Below, in pieces: positions 49,416 through 63,086 of a stretch of 64,000 nucleotides of DNA. The stretch is taken from positions 45,590,053 through 45,654,052 of the forward strand of contig NC_068999.1 of the NCBI RefSeq assembly GCF_001194135.2, in the 5' to 3' direction. This stretch comes from Octopus bimaculoides (Eukaryota). The notes below the pieces were generated by a model that worked only from the letters and a program-made list of their open reading frames with translations, had not been told where the DNA came from and made no database searches. Both the position numbers and the translations under genes were made by a program. The number at the start of each line of letters is the position of its first letter. Positions within the stretch are counted from its first letter, which is position 1.

Positions 49416-49726
49416 CTACCTCTGATGAGCACAGGGTTACATACTCGGACTGTTATCTATCACTCCGTTGAACCCCTAGTGTGAAACTGATTGGTTAGAT
49501 CAACTGTAATGGATATATAACACTGTACACTTCGACCACATGATAGATCACTAGCCACAACACATTCTTTATTTTCTCTCCTTGTTTCTTTCTGTGTTCC
49601 TTTCTGTGGAAGAGCATAGGCTCGAAATGTTAAAGACTTTTCCACTTCCCGAGCATTATACTAATACATCTGTTTGTTGTCTACACCACCTGTCTTCGTC
49701 TTTTGTTTTTTTTTGTGAATTCCCCC
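49416..49726 (+). ncRNA. Penelope pLTR/retrozyme-like element with two hammerhead-like motifs
   Basis: Motif 1: CTGATGAG (49422), long stem II, TGAAAC (49482). Motif 2 (49600-49635): CTTT-CTGTGGAA-GAGC/ATAG/GCTC-GAAA-TGT-T-AAAG. Ends in (TACA/TA)n. Confidence 0.55.
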
Positions 49727-49733
49727 TACATAT

Positions 49734-49766
<33 letters not shown>

Positions 49767-49897
49767 TATTATATATGTATGCATATATATATATATATGT
49801 ATGTACATCTATATATATATGTATATGTATGTATGTATGTATATATAGCTTTATGTATATATATGTATATGTGTATATGTATATATGTATATCTATG

Positions 49898-49936
<39 letters not shown>

Positions 49937-50611
49937 ATCTATATATAAATTTATATATATATATGCACGTACTCCCACACACTGTCAAAAACTGAATATC
50001 AATCTATTTTCTCATATTTTCATTTTCATATTGGATACCAGCAACTTGTACATAAATCTTATCTCATGTTATTCTATCAGTGTCTTATAGAATGCTGATC
50101 ATTATTGATATTTGTGGTTCAATACACAAGAATTTGAGAAAAAAAATGAATGAATTTTATAGAAATTCATGCCAGAGTGGTTTATACTTACATTTTCTTC
50201 GAATGTCATCCATATTTTTTTCAAATAAAGTTTGATAATTCTTTAAATTTAGGTACTTGCATAAATTTCAAGAAAATTTTTTTTGACACTCAGCATCGTC
50301 AAACCATGGAACAAATTCTCTGTTTCTGTTCTTAGCTGTCAGGACACAGGACACTGCATCCTTCAAAACTTCCATGCTCCCCAAAATTCACCAGTGCTGC
50401 TCCTGATGTGTCTATGCCCTTTTTCCTGATTATGGCTCTTTTATTGTTCATTTTTCTATCTTTCTTTTTTTTATTGTGTACTGTGAACATACTTTTAATT
50501 TTCATTGCTGTCTTTTTTTGCCTTCATTTGACTTATTTCTGCTTTCTGTCCCCTCTTTTACCCTTTTACCATGATTGTAGTACACCGCAGCACTGCATAG
50601 AATAAGCATAT

Positions 50612-50850
50612 TAAGTACTCCACAGGCATGGGTACCCTTAACATAGTTCTCAGGGAGATTCAGCATGACACAAAATGTGACAGGCCTGGCCCTTTTAATT
50701 ACAGGTACAACTCATTTTTACCAGCTGCGTGGACTGGAACAACGTGAAATAAAGTGTCTTGATCAAGGACACAACATGCTACCTGGAATCGAACTCACGT
50801 CCTTATGATCTTGAGCCAGGTACTCTAACTACTGAGCTACATGCTTCCAC
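50612..50850 (-). mobile_element. OR1-like SINE copy
   Basis: Reverse complement of 24796-25040. Confidence 0.85.
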
Positions 50851-52404
50851 AACACCACAACTATCACCAATCCTCAACCACAGAATCTCATTACACAGAG
50901 CTTCTGTTACACCTCTTCCATCTTTATATATTCTCTTATCTGCAAACTTTACGACACTTTTTACGTTGGTTAAGCAGGCTGTCACTTCAAGAATGATGGA
51001 CTGTTCCATTAACCATTTCTCCAATATATGGCATCTTGCTGCTCCATAAGTCCACATATCCATGGAAATGCAAGAAACAATATTTCATTTTTGAACTTGT
51101 ACCAAATCACTAATTCGTTTAAATGAAACATTTTTTCTCTCCCACTCTTACACCTCCACCACAATTTTTCCCTTCACCTCACTTTTGCCTGCTTCTTCTC
51201 ATTTCGTTTCTCTTTCCTTCAACATCTCTCACCAAGCTTTCCTCTCCTCCTACTCCCTGTCTACATATGAAAGTCACATTATGTGTTCCTCATCAGCTGC
51301 AGCCAATTTCTCAAATAGAGAGGATGTAAGACTCCTCCTTTCTTCCTTTTATTTCCTTCCTGTCAACTTTATCCCAAGGTAGGACTCTGTCTGAAATATT
51401 GGAATTTTCCACTTCCCCTCAGCAATATCATTTTACTATTTCTGTTGATTTTTCTAAACTTACGTTAAAACTAATATTTATCTTATTTGTCTATAAAAAT
51501 AGATCTGTTTCAGATATCAGCTCTCATTCTAATATTTTTCATTTCCCTTTTGTTACGAGATAAAGTGATAATTCCTTAGAAATTCTAAAATAAAGATCAA
51601 TCAGAGATCTTCAGATTGGCTTTCTTTTTTCTCTTTTTCTTTTTTCTTTTTCCTTTTTTTTTTTTTATTTTTGTTAGATGTTTGGTTAAAAGAACACAGC
51701 AAAACTCTTAGAAATGTAAAAAGGGTCTGGACTTACTTTCTTGCTCTTTACATCTGACACATCCTTCACCTCCCACCACCACCACCATCATCATCATCAC
51801 CAAACACTATTAGATCTTATAGATATTCCTATTTTTATCTCAACTGTTTTAGGAATTGCCCTTCAGACAATATCTGATGGAACATGGAAATTAAGAAAGT
51901 AAATAAATAGATAAATATTTTTCTCTTAAATTTCTTCAAATTGAACTAAAAAACTAGAAAGAAATTTCTTTCATTGATTTTATTCTTTTTTTTTTTTTTT
52001 GTTTTTGTTTAACCAAAAACAATTAATTCTTTCAAGATAAGAAAATAAAAGCGAGGAAGCATGACAGAGGCTGAAAATGAAGAAGACAATAACAAGAAGA
52101 AGAAATGTAGTTTAACTGTAATTCAAAACCCAGGAGACATAACAACAGAAAAATTTAGTAATTATTTGTAACTCCCCCACATTTTTTTATTATTTGGGGT
52201 TTTTTAAGTTTGTGCCGTTTTCTGCTACTTCCAGGTTAAATCAATAAATCCGACATAAGAGGTAAATAAGTTTGTTAATAGTTGGAGATTATCTTACAGT
52301 AAAGGATTTGCAATGCTTTTGTTTTTAAATGTTTATCCCTGAATCATGGAACTCTAACTAATCCAATAAATTAAGTACCAGTTGCATACTGGGGTTGATC
52401 TAAT

Positions 52405-52667
52405 CCCGGTTTCTATGGCGTATGTGTTCCCCCCAGCTGGACGGGGCGCCAGTCTATCGCAGCATTACTCAAGAAACAAGAAGAAAGAGTGAGAGAAAGT
52501 TGGGGCGAAAGGGTACCACAGGGGTCACCACCACCCCCTGCCAAAGCCTCATGAAGCTTTAGGTGTTTTCGCTCAATAAACACTCACAACATCAGGTCTG
52601 GAAATCGAAACCGCGATCCTCCGACCGCGAGTCCATTGCCCTAACCACTGGGCCATTGCACCTCCAC
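52405..52667 (-). mobile_element. SINE head X with a different (V-domain-like) tail
   Basis: 52475-52667 matches 14640-14835. The tail reads GCTGCGATAGACTGGCGCCCCGTCCAG on the minus strand instead of tail 1. Confidence 0.8.
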
Positions 52668-53130
52668 TTGGACATGCTGTGCAGAAACCTAAAAGTTAGA
52701 GTGGTCAAAGTTAATTAACATTTGCAAACAAACATATCTAAAGGTAAAATAATATTAACTGGTTTGGCTGACAGTCAACAGTGCCATAGGTTGTCGAATT
52801 CTTCTTCCAAAGTTAACTTAACCTTCTAGTCGTTTGGGATTAATAATATAAGATAACATAAATCTAATATTCTCCGAGATAAGTAGATGAAGGTAACCCT
52901 TATCGGATATGTTGATCCTTGGATCACCAACTGTTTGATTTAGTAATCCCATGCCATGGGGCTGCTTAACTGGAATTACCTGGTATTGCTATCCAATAAT
53001 GTAACATGAAAAATCCTTCAGAAGACTCAAAATATATTGATAACGGATACATTAATTCCCTGAATTTCTGAGTTGGTTCGAAGATAAAACTGCACAGAAA
53101 ACAAAAGTTTATAGAAAAGCATTTATTTTG

Positions 53131-53183
<53 letters not shown>

Positions 53184-53349
53184 TTCTCTTTCTCTGTATG
53201 TATGTATATATACAGATGGAGACACACACACACGTGCCCATGCATGCATGTATATTATATAAATGGATTTATTTAAATAACTACTGAAAAACGTATCCAT
53301 AACGGACATGTAATACATTTATATAATAAATATACATCGTTTCATCCGC

Positions 53350-53387
53350 AACATACATATATATATATATATATCCATATCTATCTA

Positions 53388-53429
<42 letters not shown>

Positions 53430-53540
53430 TGTATGTATATATACACACATATACATATATATATATATGTATGATATATATATGAATATATGTATATATA
53501 TATACATATATATGTAAATGTATATATACATATATATATG

Positions 53541-53573
<33 letters not shown>

Positions 53574-53612
53574 ATGTAAATGTATATATACTTATACATA
53601 TATATATGTGTG

Positions 53613-53658
<46 letters not shown>

Positions 53659-53661
53659 TAT

Positions 53662-53692
<31 letters not shown>

Positions 53693-53750
53693 CATATATA
53701 TACACACACACATACATACACACACACATGCACACATACACGCACTCAAA
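53350..53750. repeat. (TA)n/(TG)n/(CA)n compound microsatellite
   Basis: Seen directly in the sequence. Confidence 0.95.
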
Positions 53751-54957
53751 TAACTAAAGGTGGCCTGGTATAAATGTTACCCTATGTCATTTAGCACTAA
53801 AACAAGATGTAACATTAATTCTATGATGGAATGAATGGCGCTATAAGAACCATCCAGCTGTAAAATGTCTGACCTGAGTATAAATAAAACCGTTTCAAGT
53901 TATTAACAATTAATATTCATTAATTGTTTCTTTATTCAACCATACGAACCAGCGTAGGAAATTGTCTTCTTCACATGATGGATGGTATTACTTATTTGTG
54001 GTCAGATTAGAAATCTCCAGATGCTGTCAAATTTTCTCTTGGATTTACTGAAGGACTGACAGACGTCGGCTTTAGACAGACAGACAGATAAGAGACAGAT
54101 GATTCGATAAGAATTTGAGGAATCAATTAACGGTGGAATGTTCCAGAAAGAAATCTGCTGTTCCTGCAGTTCTCTGTTTTGGATGGCTAAGATTGGTTGA
54201 ATATATTTCATTTAAAATGTTGAAGGTTAAGACAGGGGCACTGGGAATATTGTGTGAAAGAGCAAGTGTAAATGAAAGGGGATAGGCTGTGTGTTTGTGC
54301 GTGCATAGAGTGTATGGTAGAGAGAGAGAGAGAGAGACAGAGCCTCTGTGTGTGCATACATGTGTATAAGTGGGAGAGAGAAAGAGAGTTTGTGTGTGTG
54401 ACTTTGTATATAGAATCCATGATAGATAGAAAGATAGATTAACGTAGAGTGAAAAATGTAGGAATCATAATAACAATGTTTATTTTGATTTTGTACTTTG
54501 GATATTATGGAAGCAGAGATTGCTTTCTTGAAACAGAAGCATGTTATCTCTGCCATGCATCTTCAAAAAGGATTATCTCTAAATTTTATTAATCACATTT
54601 ATTTATTTTTTGTAACATAAAAACACATTCTAAATTAAATATATTTCAAGCAATAAAAAGATCGTCTTTTTTTTTTTACCTTTTTCTTCTTTTTTTTTTG
54701 TAAATATTTATAGACATTTTGATCTTAAACTTCTAAAAATCATCTAACTATAGACCAAGTGTAAATTGAGAAAATTGGCAGACCATTGGTGATTATAGTA
54801 ATTGTAGCAAGTGTGTTTATGATAAATTTAAATTCTGTGAGAACAGTAGTCTATACTTCGGCAAAGAAGCTTTTACAAATAATTTTTGATTAAACCATTA
54901 TGGGTAAGTCATTTTTCGGAGCGGTGTTGGCATATTAACAGTTAACCGGGGATTAAC

Positions 54958-55526
54958 TATGAGGGCGAGTCAAAAAGTAATGCCATTTTGTTTAGGACAG
55001 GTATAATTACCAACACAGGAACATGTATCATACATCAAAATGAAGCTGGTCCTCTGTGGATCACATCCCTACTTCTCAACATAGTCACCGTTTCTCTCAA
55101 CAGCAATGTTCCACCTTCGAATGAGAGCATGTATCTCTGCCCCGTAAAATTCTGTTGGCTGTTCTTTGAGCCACTTCTTCACTACAGTTTTCACTTCCTC
55201 GTCACTGGAATAATGTTTGCCTCTTAAACCCTCTTTTGTGGCGCCAAAGAGATGATAGTCTGAAGGTGCTAAATCTGATGATGAGGAAGTGAAAACTGTA
55301 GTGAAGAAGTGGCTCAAACAGCAGTCAACAGAATTTTTACGGGGCAGGGATACATGCTTTCATTCGAAGGTGGAACATTGCTATTGAGAGAAAAGGTGAC
55401 TATGTTGAGCAGTAGGGATGTGATCCACAGAGGACCAGCTTCATTTTGATGTATGATACATGTTCCTGTGTTGGTAATTATACCTGTCCTAAACAAAATG
55501 GCAATACTTTTTGACTCACCTTTGTA
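54958..55526. mobile_element. Palindromic mariner derivative made of two 3' ends
   Basis: TA-bounded TIRs (GAGTCAAAAAGTA.TGCC), ~247-bp inverted arms and a 74-nt spacer. Minus frame DLAPSDYHLFG..LRGKHYSSDEEVK..RWNIAVERNGDYVEK is the mariner D34D C-terminus. Confidence 0.92.
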
Positions 55527-56281
55527 TATCCATTTACACCCGGTTTTAATGGTTAATTCTAGGACTCATGAATCTTCATTTTCATTGAAGTCTGTTGTTT
55601 ATGATATTCCTTGGTGTTACTACTTAAACGGAGCATATTTGGCTACTATTCTCAATATGGAATTGTAAAATGGAATTCCTAATTCCTTTACACTATCCAT
55701 TGAGATAATTGGAAACAGCGCTTGTAGCGTTTAGACAGTAATCTTCCCTCTCCTTTTTTCGGAGGGTGCCTAATGAGAACCAAGTAAGTTTGGAAAGGAA
55801 AGCTGACATTTCAGCAACATCAATTGACCCCATTTTCCTTGCATTTACAGCGCCAATAATTAGCTTAAAGCGATGTCAAATTTGACTTGATTGGAGAGAG
55901 AATTGGTCTCCAGCTTGTGTCACAAACTCTCTGAACTTCACATTTTTCAGCCAACCCTGGGAAAGTAATGTATACATATATGTATATAGGTACGTTTGCT
56001 TGCATAAGTGTACGTGTGTGTGTGTGTGTGTGTGGTGTGCTAAATATATTTTGTGGATGTTTTATTTTTAGACCGTATAAACACACGAAAACAAAACAAT
56101 GGACGGAGATTTCATAATTTATATAAGAGGACGTGAAAATGAGGATGATGATCAAGACGGCAGCGATGACGGATTGCTAAGATCTTAGGCAAGTTACATA
56201 GCAGAATGGATCTGCTCAAAAACTTGTTATTCCTCAAATTTCTGGCCAAACTTTTACTTTTATTCTTTCCAAACTCCTCTA

Positions 56282-56315
<34 letters not shown>

Positions 56316-57269
56316 GCCTGCAGCTAAGTTCTGTACTCTATCAATTCTGTCATTCACTACTCCCTTTTTCCCCCACTTTCATTAGTAGTAGTAGTAGGAG
56401 GAGGAGGAGGAGGAGGAGAAGGAGAAGAAGAAGCAGCAGCAGGATGGTTTCTTAGTTAGGCAGAAGGCTAGTAAATATGAATGGAGGTAGTCAGTACTTT
56501 CACCCACATACGGGCATGTTTTGTGTGAACGTTTGAGTCTCCTTGTCTTAATACGGTGTCCCCCATTCCTGCCTTCCATGAAAACATGTTCAGTAGTGGA
56601 GAAATATCGTTTTGCTTTGAAACTGGTGGAGAGTTGGTGACAGGTAGAGCATCCAGCTGTCAAAAATTTACCTTAGTATATTCTGTCTCATTTAGAAAGT
56701 TGGTGACAAGAAGGACATCCAGCTGTCGAAAATCTACCTCAGCAAATTCTGTCCAATTTTTGCAGCAAACATTGCAAAATGGAAGCTAAACTGACGAATA
56801 TAACTACAAACAAGAAATTTACAAGATTTGCGTTAATTTAACCATTTCTAATGCTGGCTTTTGCATTCTATTTTTTCCTAAGCTGTAGCTATCATTGTTA
56901 ATGGCTTGTGTGCTTAATCAAGTACTTTATTTTTCCCTCACTAACACTATTACGATGACGAGGATAAAAATGTTCAAGAGTAGATTTCTGAAACAAGATG
57001 TTGGCTTAGCATAAAATGTTCCGTGACATAAATGAAGCATTTGAATGACAGCTGTCTTTCCTTACAAGACTCCTGTCAGTTCTTTTTATATTCCTTCTGT
57101 CTCTTAGACTGCCATGTGACAAAAAAAAAAAACTTTGGTTTTTTTTGTTCTTTCCAAAGAACCACAAGCTTGTCAAGTTACCGTTCCATAATAAAAAAAA
57201 AAAGAATTACTTTTGCTGTTCTCAGATTGTTGCTTATAACAATATCTCCTCCATTGCTGTCTCTTTGCC

Positions 57270-57410
57270 TTTCGTTATTTACTTGTTTCTTTCATTTGAC
57301 AGTGGCCATGCTACAGCACCACCTTGAGGGGTATAGTCAAGCAAATCAACCTCGGTGCTAAATTTTTTTTTGAAGTCTGCTACTTGTTCTGTCAGTCTCT
57401 TTTGCTTAGG
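57270..57410 (-). mobile_element. SINE B tail fragment
   Basis: TTTACTTGTTTC..CATTTGACAGTGGCCATGCT is the reverse of the B tail. Confidence 0.7.
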
Positions 57411-57587
57411 GCAACAAATTTGGTGTGGGAAACAAATTAACGAGCAATCTGCTGCACAGTTTTAATTTAGATCATTTAATTCAGATCATGGAACCAGGAA
57501 TGGTCAATATCAGGCTGATTGATATCAAAAGAGTTAAACATCCCTGTAAAGCTTGGAAGCCACGATAAACTGAAGAAGGGAAATAAA

Positions 57588-57925
57588 AAGGGTAAGGACC
57601 CCTTTCAGTCATGAATGATCATGCGGTTGTACCTAGAAAGTTCCTCTCTAAGGCACAAGTCCAGGCAAGGTTGTTTATGGAAGACCAGCAGTCGCCCATG
57701 CATACCAGCTTCCCCTCTCCATGCCACTGATGTTGTCCAAGGGAAAGGCAAAAGGGGCCGATACAGCTTGGCACCAGTGACATCAAAGCTCATTTCTACA
57801 GCTGAGTGAACTGGAGCAACGTGAAAGAACACAACACACAGCCTGGTCCGGGAATCAAATTCACAATCTCATGATTGTGAACCCGACACTCTAATGACGT
57901 CTCTTTGGCTTAACCACTAAGTTAC
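57588..57925 (-). mobile_element. OR2-like SINE copy
   Basis: Reverse complement of 38078-38385. Confidence 0.85.
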
Positions 57926-58185
57926 TGGGATGTAAACAAACCAACACTTGTTGTCAAGCAGTGGGATGTGGGACAAATAACACTGGAGCATGACATGGCC
58001 CTGTCACTTGTCAATTCCCTGTCAAATCACCACAATGTGTGTGTAATTGTATGTGTATTTGTGTTGGATGGGTAAGTGTGTATGCTTGTGTGTGTGTGTG
58101 TATGTAAGATTCTGTTTTGGGTGGGTGGGCATGTAGGTGTGTGTACCTGTATGTCTGTGTGTTGTATGTATATATGTTTTTGTAT

Positions 58186-58476
58186 GTGAAGGCATGTGGC
58201 TCAGTGGTTAGTGCATTTGGCTCACAGTCATAAGTTCGTGAGTTCAATACCCATCGACACATTGAATCCTTAAGCAAGACACTTTATTTCAAGTTGCTCC
58301 AGTCCACTCAGATGGCAAAACTGAGTTGTACCTGTAATTTCAAAGGGTCAACCTTTGTCACAATGAATCTCCCTGAAAATCTATTTACATAAAGGGTAGA
58401 CATGTCTGTGGAGTACTCAGCCAATTGCACATTAATTTCACAAGCAGGTTTTTCTGTGGATTGTCAAGGATGGAAT
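58186..58476 (+). mobile_element. OR1-like SINE copy
   Basis: Homologous to 24796-25117. Confidence 0.85.
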
Positions 58477-58791
58477 GCCAGTTACATGTATGTGTATGTG
58501 GTTGTATATAGGTATGTTATACATTTTGGATGGGCGTGTGCATGTATTTGTGTAGTCACGGGTGTATATTGTGTGTGTGTGTGTGTGTGCTGTGCTCTCT
58601 TTTTTGTGTCTACAACCCCTGGCTGATTTGTAGACACATCACCATGATATATGACAAGTATTGAGAACTTTAAACCTAACAGAGTCCAACCCTCTCCAAA
58701 CCTGACTACCTTTTGAGTTTTCCTTCAGAGAAATAGTGTTACACATGCAAATACATATATAAATACATACATACATACATATACATATATA

Positions 58792-58822
<31 letters not shown>

Positions 58823-59515
58823 NNNNNNNNNNNNNNNNNNNNNNNNNNNNNNNNNNNNNNNNNNNNNNNNNNNNNNNNNNNNNNNNNNNNNNNNNNNNNN
58901 NNNNNNNNNNNNNNNNNNNNNNNNNNNNNNNNNNNNNNNNNNNNNNNNNNNNNNNNNNNNNNNNNNNNNNNNNNNNNNNNNNNNNNNNNNNNNNNNNNNN
59001 NNNNNNNNNNNNNNNNNNNNNNNNNNNNNNNNNNNNNNNNNNNNNNNNNNNNNNNNNNNNNNNNNNNNNNNNNNNNNNNNNNNNNNNNNNNNNNNNNNNN
59101 NNNNNNNNNNNNNNNNNNNNNNNNNNNNNNNNNNNNNNNNNNNNNNNNNNNNNNNNNNNNNNNNNNNNNNNNNNNNNNNNNNNNNNNNNNNNNNNNNNNN
59201 NNNNNNNNNNNNNNNNNNNNNNNNNNNNNNNNNNNNNNNNNNNNNNNNNNNNNNNNNNNNNNNNNNNNNNNNNNNNNNNNNNNNNNNNNNNNNNNNNNNN
59301 NNNNNNNNNNNNNNNNNNNNNNNNNNNNNNNNNNNNNNNNNNNNNNNNNNNNNNNNNNNNNNNNNNNNNNNNNNNNNNNNNNNNNNNNNNNNNNNNNNNN
59401 NNNNNNNNNNNNNNNNNNNNNNNNNNNNNNNNNNNNNNNNNNNNNNNNNNNNNNNNNNNNNNNNNNNNNNNNNNNNNNNNNNNNNNNNNNNNNNNNNNNN
59501 NNNNNNNNNNNNNNN

Positions 59516-59547
<32 letters not shown>

Positions 59548-59903
59548 TATATATAGATAGATAGATGTGTGTGTGTGTGTGTGTGCAGTTACAAATGCAT
59601 GCACATATGCTAATACATATATTTATACACACCTGTGTCCATACATATACACATACACATACATGCACATGAAATACACCTTTGTGGCTGAATATACATT
59701 ATATATAGCTTGTATACTTACATACACACACACACACACACACACGTTCTCTCTCTCTCTCTCTCTTTCTCTCCCTTTCTCTCTCCCCCTCTCTCCCACA
59801 TGTTTGCTTAACAAACAGACAGCCCTCGCCTCTCACATGCTTTACATACATTTACATCTATATATATTCAAGATATCGTTCTTCCATATAATGTATTATA
59901 TAG

Positions 59904-59941
<38 letters not shown>

Positions 59942-60099
59942 ATATGTCGAGAGTGCACATATGTAAATGTGCCTCGGGTTTTATAGTTTGGGGTTGTGGC
60001 GACGGAGGTGGTGGGGGACGAGAGGACATGGTGATAGGTTTATAAAGTCTGTATAACTTGGATTTGTACAATTCACTGATCAAAGGCAAATGTATACAT

Positions 60100-60244
60100 A
60101 TGCACTAACACACATACACACACACACACATACATATATGCACATGTGCATATAAATACTTGTGCATACATCGTCATTTGTATGCACATTTATTCTAACA
60201 TATTAGCTAGGACAGGTGATAGTGAATATGTGTATATATGTGTA

Positions 60245-60318
<74 letters not shown>

Positions 60319-60573
60319 CATATACATATATAAAAATATATTTTTTTATATATATACATGGTGTATATATGTGCATGTGCATTTGCATGTGTATATCTAT
60401 ACATATATATATATATATATATGTATGTGTATGTATGTGTATACATACATATATATGTGTGTGTGTGTGGATATGTATATATATGTATATGTGTATGTGT
60501 GTGTATACACATACATGTACACACATATATGCATATACATAGATATAGATATACACATATACACATACATATA

Positions 60574-60647
<74 letters not shown>

Positions 60648-60690
60648 GATATAAATATATGCATACATACAAATATATATATATATANNN
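60100..60690. repeat. (TA)n/(TG)n compound microsatellite abutting gap
   Basis: Seen directly in the sequence. Confidence 0.95.
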
Positions 60691-61668
60691 NNNNNNNNNN
60701 NNNNNNNNNNNNNNNNNNNNNNNNNNNNNNNNNNNNNNNNNNNNNNNNNNNNNNNNNNNNNNNNNNNNNNNNNNNNNNNNNNNNNNNNNNNNNNNNNNNN
60801 NNNNNNNNNNNNNNNNNNNNNNNNNNNNNNNNNNNNNNNNNNNNNNNNNNNNNNNNNNNNNNNNNNNNNNNNNNNNNNNNNNNNNNNNNNNNNNNNNNNN
60901 NNNNNNNNNNNNNNNNNNNNNNNNNNNNNNNNNNNNNNNNNNNNNNNNNNNNNNNNNNNNNNNNNNNNNNNNNNNNNNNNNNNNNNNNNNNNNNNNNNNN
61001 NNNNNNNNNNNNNNNNNNNNNNNNNNNNNNNNNNNNNNNNNNNNNNNNNNNNNNNNNNNNNNNNNNNNNNNNNNNNNNNNNNNNNNNNNNNNNNNNNNNN
61101 NNNNNNNNNNNNNNNNNNNNNNNNNNNNNNNNNNNNNNNNNNNNNNNNNNNNNNNNNNNNNNNNNNNNNNNNNNNNNNNNNNNNNNNNNNNNNNNNNNNN
61201 NNNNNNNNNNNNNNNNNNNNNNNNNNNNNNNNNNNNNNNNNNNNNNNNNNNNNNNNNNNNNNNNNNNNNNNNNNNNNNNNNNNNNNNNNNNNNNNNNNNN
61301 NNNNNNNNNNNNNATATATATATATATACACACACACACACATGTGTATGTGTGTGCAAGTGTACATATGTATTTCTTGATATTATTTCTCTGTGATGTA
61401 GGTAGCAGAGGCGTATGTATATGTGTTTTTCTGAATACACACATATGCTCCATGTGTAGAACTCAAAGAGAAAAGCTGCATAAAGATCCACGCATAACAT
61501 ACTTTCTATTCCCTGAATGCTTGCAATTCTAAAACGGTGTCTTTCTTCCACAAATATACACAGGCAGGTAGATACGGAAGAAACATCACATGATCCGTGT
61601 GTCTCTATTGTCTTCTTGACGCTGCGGTCTTGAAGTTGAATGCAAATATCTCTCTCTCTATCTATCTG

Positions 61669-61705
<37 letters not shown>

Positions 61706-61909
61706 TTATCTACCTCTCTTTCATTCTTTCCATATTCCTGGAAAATGTCTTCATTACAAGTTGATTCAGTAAATCCATCACAGTGTTTGTTTCGGTGGCT
61801 GTTGACTAATTTGAGCAAATTTGGAAGTCCAGGGCAAGAACTATTATTGACTGATTTTGCGAGTCTGGGATTGGAGCAATTCCAGTGGATATTTAAAGCT
61901 TGCTGCATG

Positions 61910-62051
61910 GTGTTGGTGTGGTTGTGTGGTTGAGGGGCTTGCTTTGAATCTGCATGGCTTGGGGGGCAGTCCCATTGTGTAGCACCTTGCCCCACGTTCA
62001 TCAATGCCTTGTGAGTAGACTTGGTCAATGGAAACTATGTCGAAGCTCATC

Positions 62052-62088
<37 letters not shown>

Positions 62089-62090
62089 CA
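61910..62090 (+). mobile_element. Old SINE B-like head
   Basis: GGTTGTGTGGTT..CAGTCCCA..GCACCTTG..GCCTTGTGAGT..GGAAACT followed by (TG)n. Confidence 0.6.
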
Positions 62091-62140
62091 TTTACTCTTT
62101 TTACATGTATAAAAATAAAAAGACTAATGAAATTAACATA

Positions 62141-62365
62141 CAAGTGTACCCTTAACGTAGTTCTCAGGGAGATTCAACATGATACAGAGTGTGACAAGGC
62201 TGCCCCATTGAATTACAGGTACTACTCACTTTTGCCAGCTGAGTGGACTGAAGCAACGTGAAAAAAAGTGTCTTGCTCAACAACACAAAGTGTTGCTGGG
62301 AATTGAACTCATGATCTTTCAATCATGAGCTGAATACCCCTAAATACTAAGCCATGCGCCTTCAC
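62141..62365 (-). mobile_element. OR1-like SINE copy
   Basis: Reverse complement of 24796-25030. Confidence 0.85.
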
Positions 62366-62371
62366 TATCAA

Positions 62372-62571
62372 ACTTAATGCTTTTTTCATTCACATTGTTT
62401 TTTTAATTATTCCTGCATTATTTCGTAGCTTCAAAATTTTGATGATGTGATTGTTATATTTTTCGTATAACATTGAAGGGTAGGTGAGATAGGTTGGATC
62501 TGGCTGGCTAGAACATAAAACATGTGGCAGATTTCGGCCAGATATGGCCAGTTTAAATGTTAATGGGTTAA
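62372..62571. mobile_element. piggyBac-like MITE copy
   Basis: Homologous to 8590-8817; ends GGGTTAA. Confidence 0.7.
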
Positions 62572-63086
62572 TAGAATAGGCATAAAAGCAAAGCTATTTC
62601 TTAGTGTTAGTATATCTCTGACAGACATCCAATTATGGCCGCTCTGCTAGAAAAATAATGCTTCTCAGATGAGTAAACTGAATGAGGCATTTAGTAGGTC
62701 TCTTATGCATTAACTGACATGGCTCTGCAACTGGTGACATTTCTTTCCACACACACATCCTACATATACACACTCAATTGTTTCCTTTCTGTTTCCATCT
62801 ACCATATTTACTCACAAGGTAGATGTTATGGTAAAAGACGCTTGTACCTGATGCCATCTGGTGGGAATTGAACTTTTCAACCCTGTAACCATTCCTTATA
62901 TATAACATATAACCAGAAAGGAATATTAATTTTTTTTAGGTCATTCGATATTTTTCTCAATTGGTCAATTGACCGATTGCGTAAACCTATCAGTAACGTA
63001 CTTATAATGATTACTGGAAACAGCTGTAAGCCATTTTTGCCCCGATAAAGGAAAAATATGTAATGACCATTATCTATAACTTGTCT

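Noticed and set aside
50803-51063. Protein-like ORF MDMWTYGAAR..KRIYKDGRGV
   Set aside because: No splice signals, and its 3' end runs into a SINE head. It has only a loose resemblance to the R4-type RT C-terminus, too weak to call.
52227-52253. 27-nt segment with good acceptor and GAG|GTAAAT donor
   Set aside because: Stops in all three frames; it could only be non-coding or a poison exon, with no supporting evidence.
56480-56560. CPYVGEST motif resembling GIY-YIG endonuclease
   Set aside because: A single short motif with no other recognisable domain residues.
36056-61551. ORFs of 150-416 aa containing X runs or YI/CV/HT dipeptide repeats
   Set aside because: Artefacts of N gaps and dinucleotide microsatellites.
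62985-63035. Third hammerhead (GAAACAGCTGTA palindromic stem III)
   Set aside because: The CUGANGA half of the core is absent; at most a decayed Penelope-type remnant.
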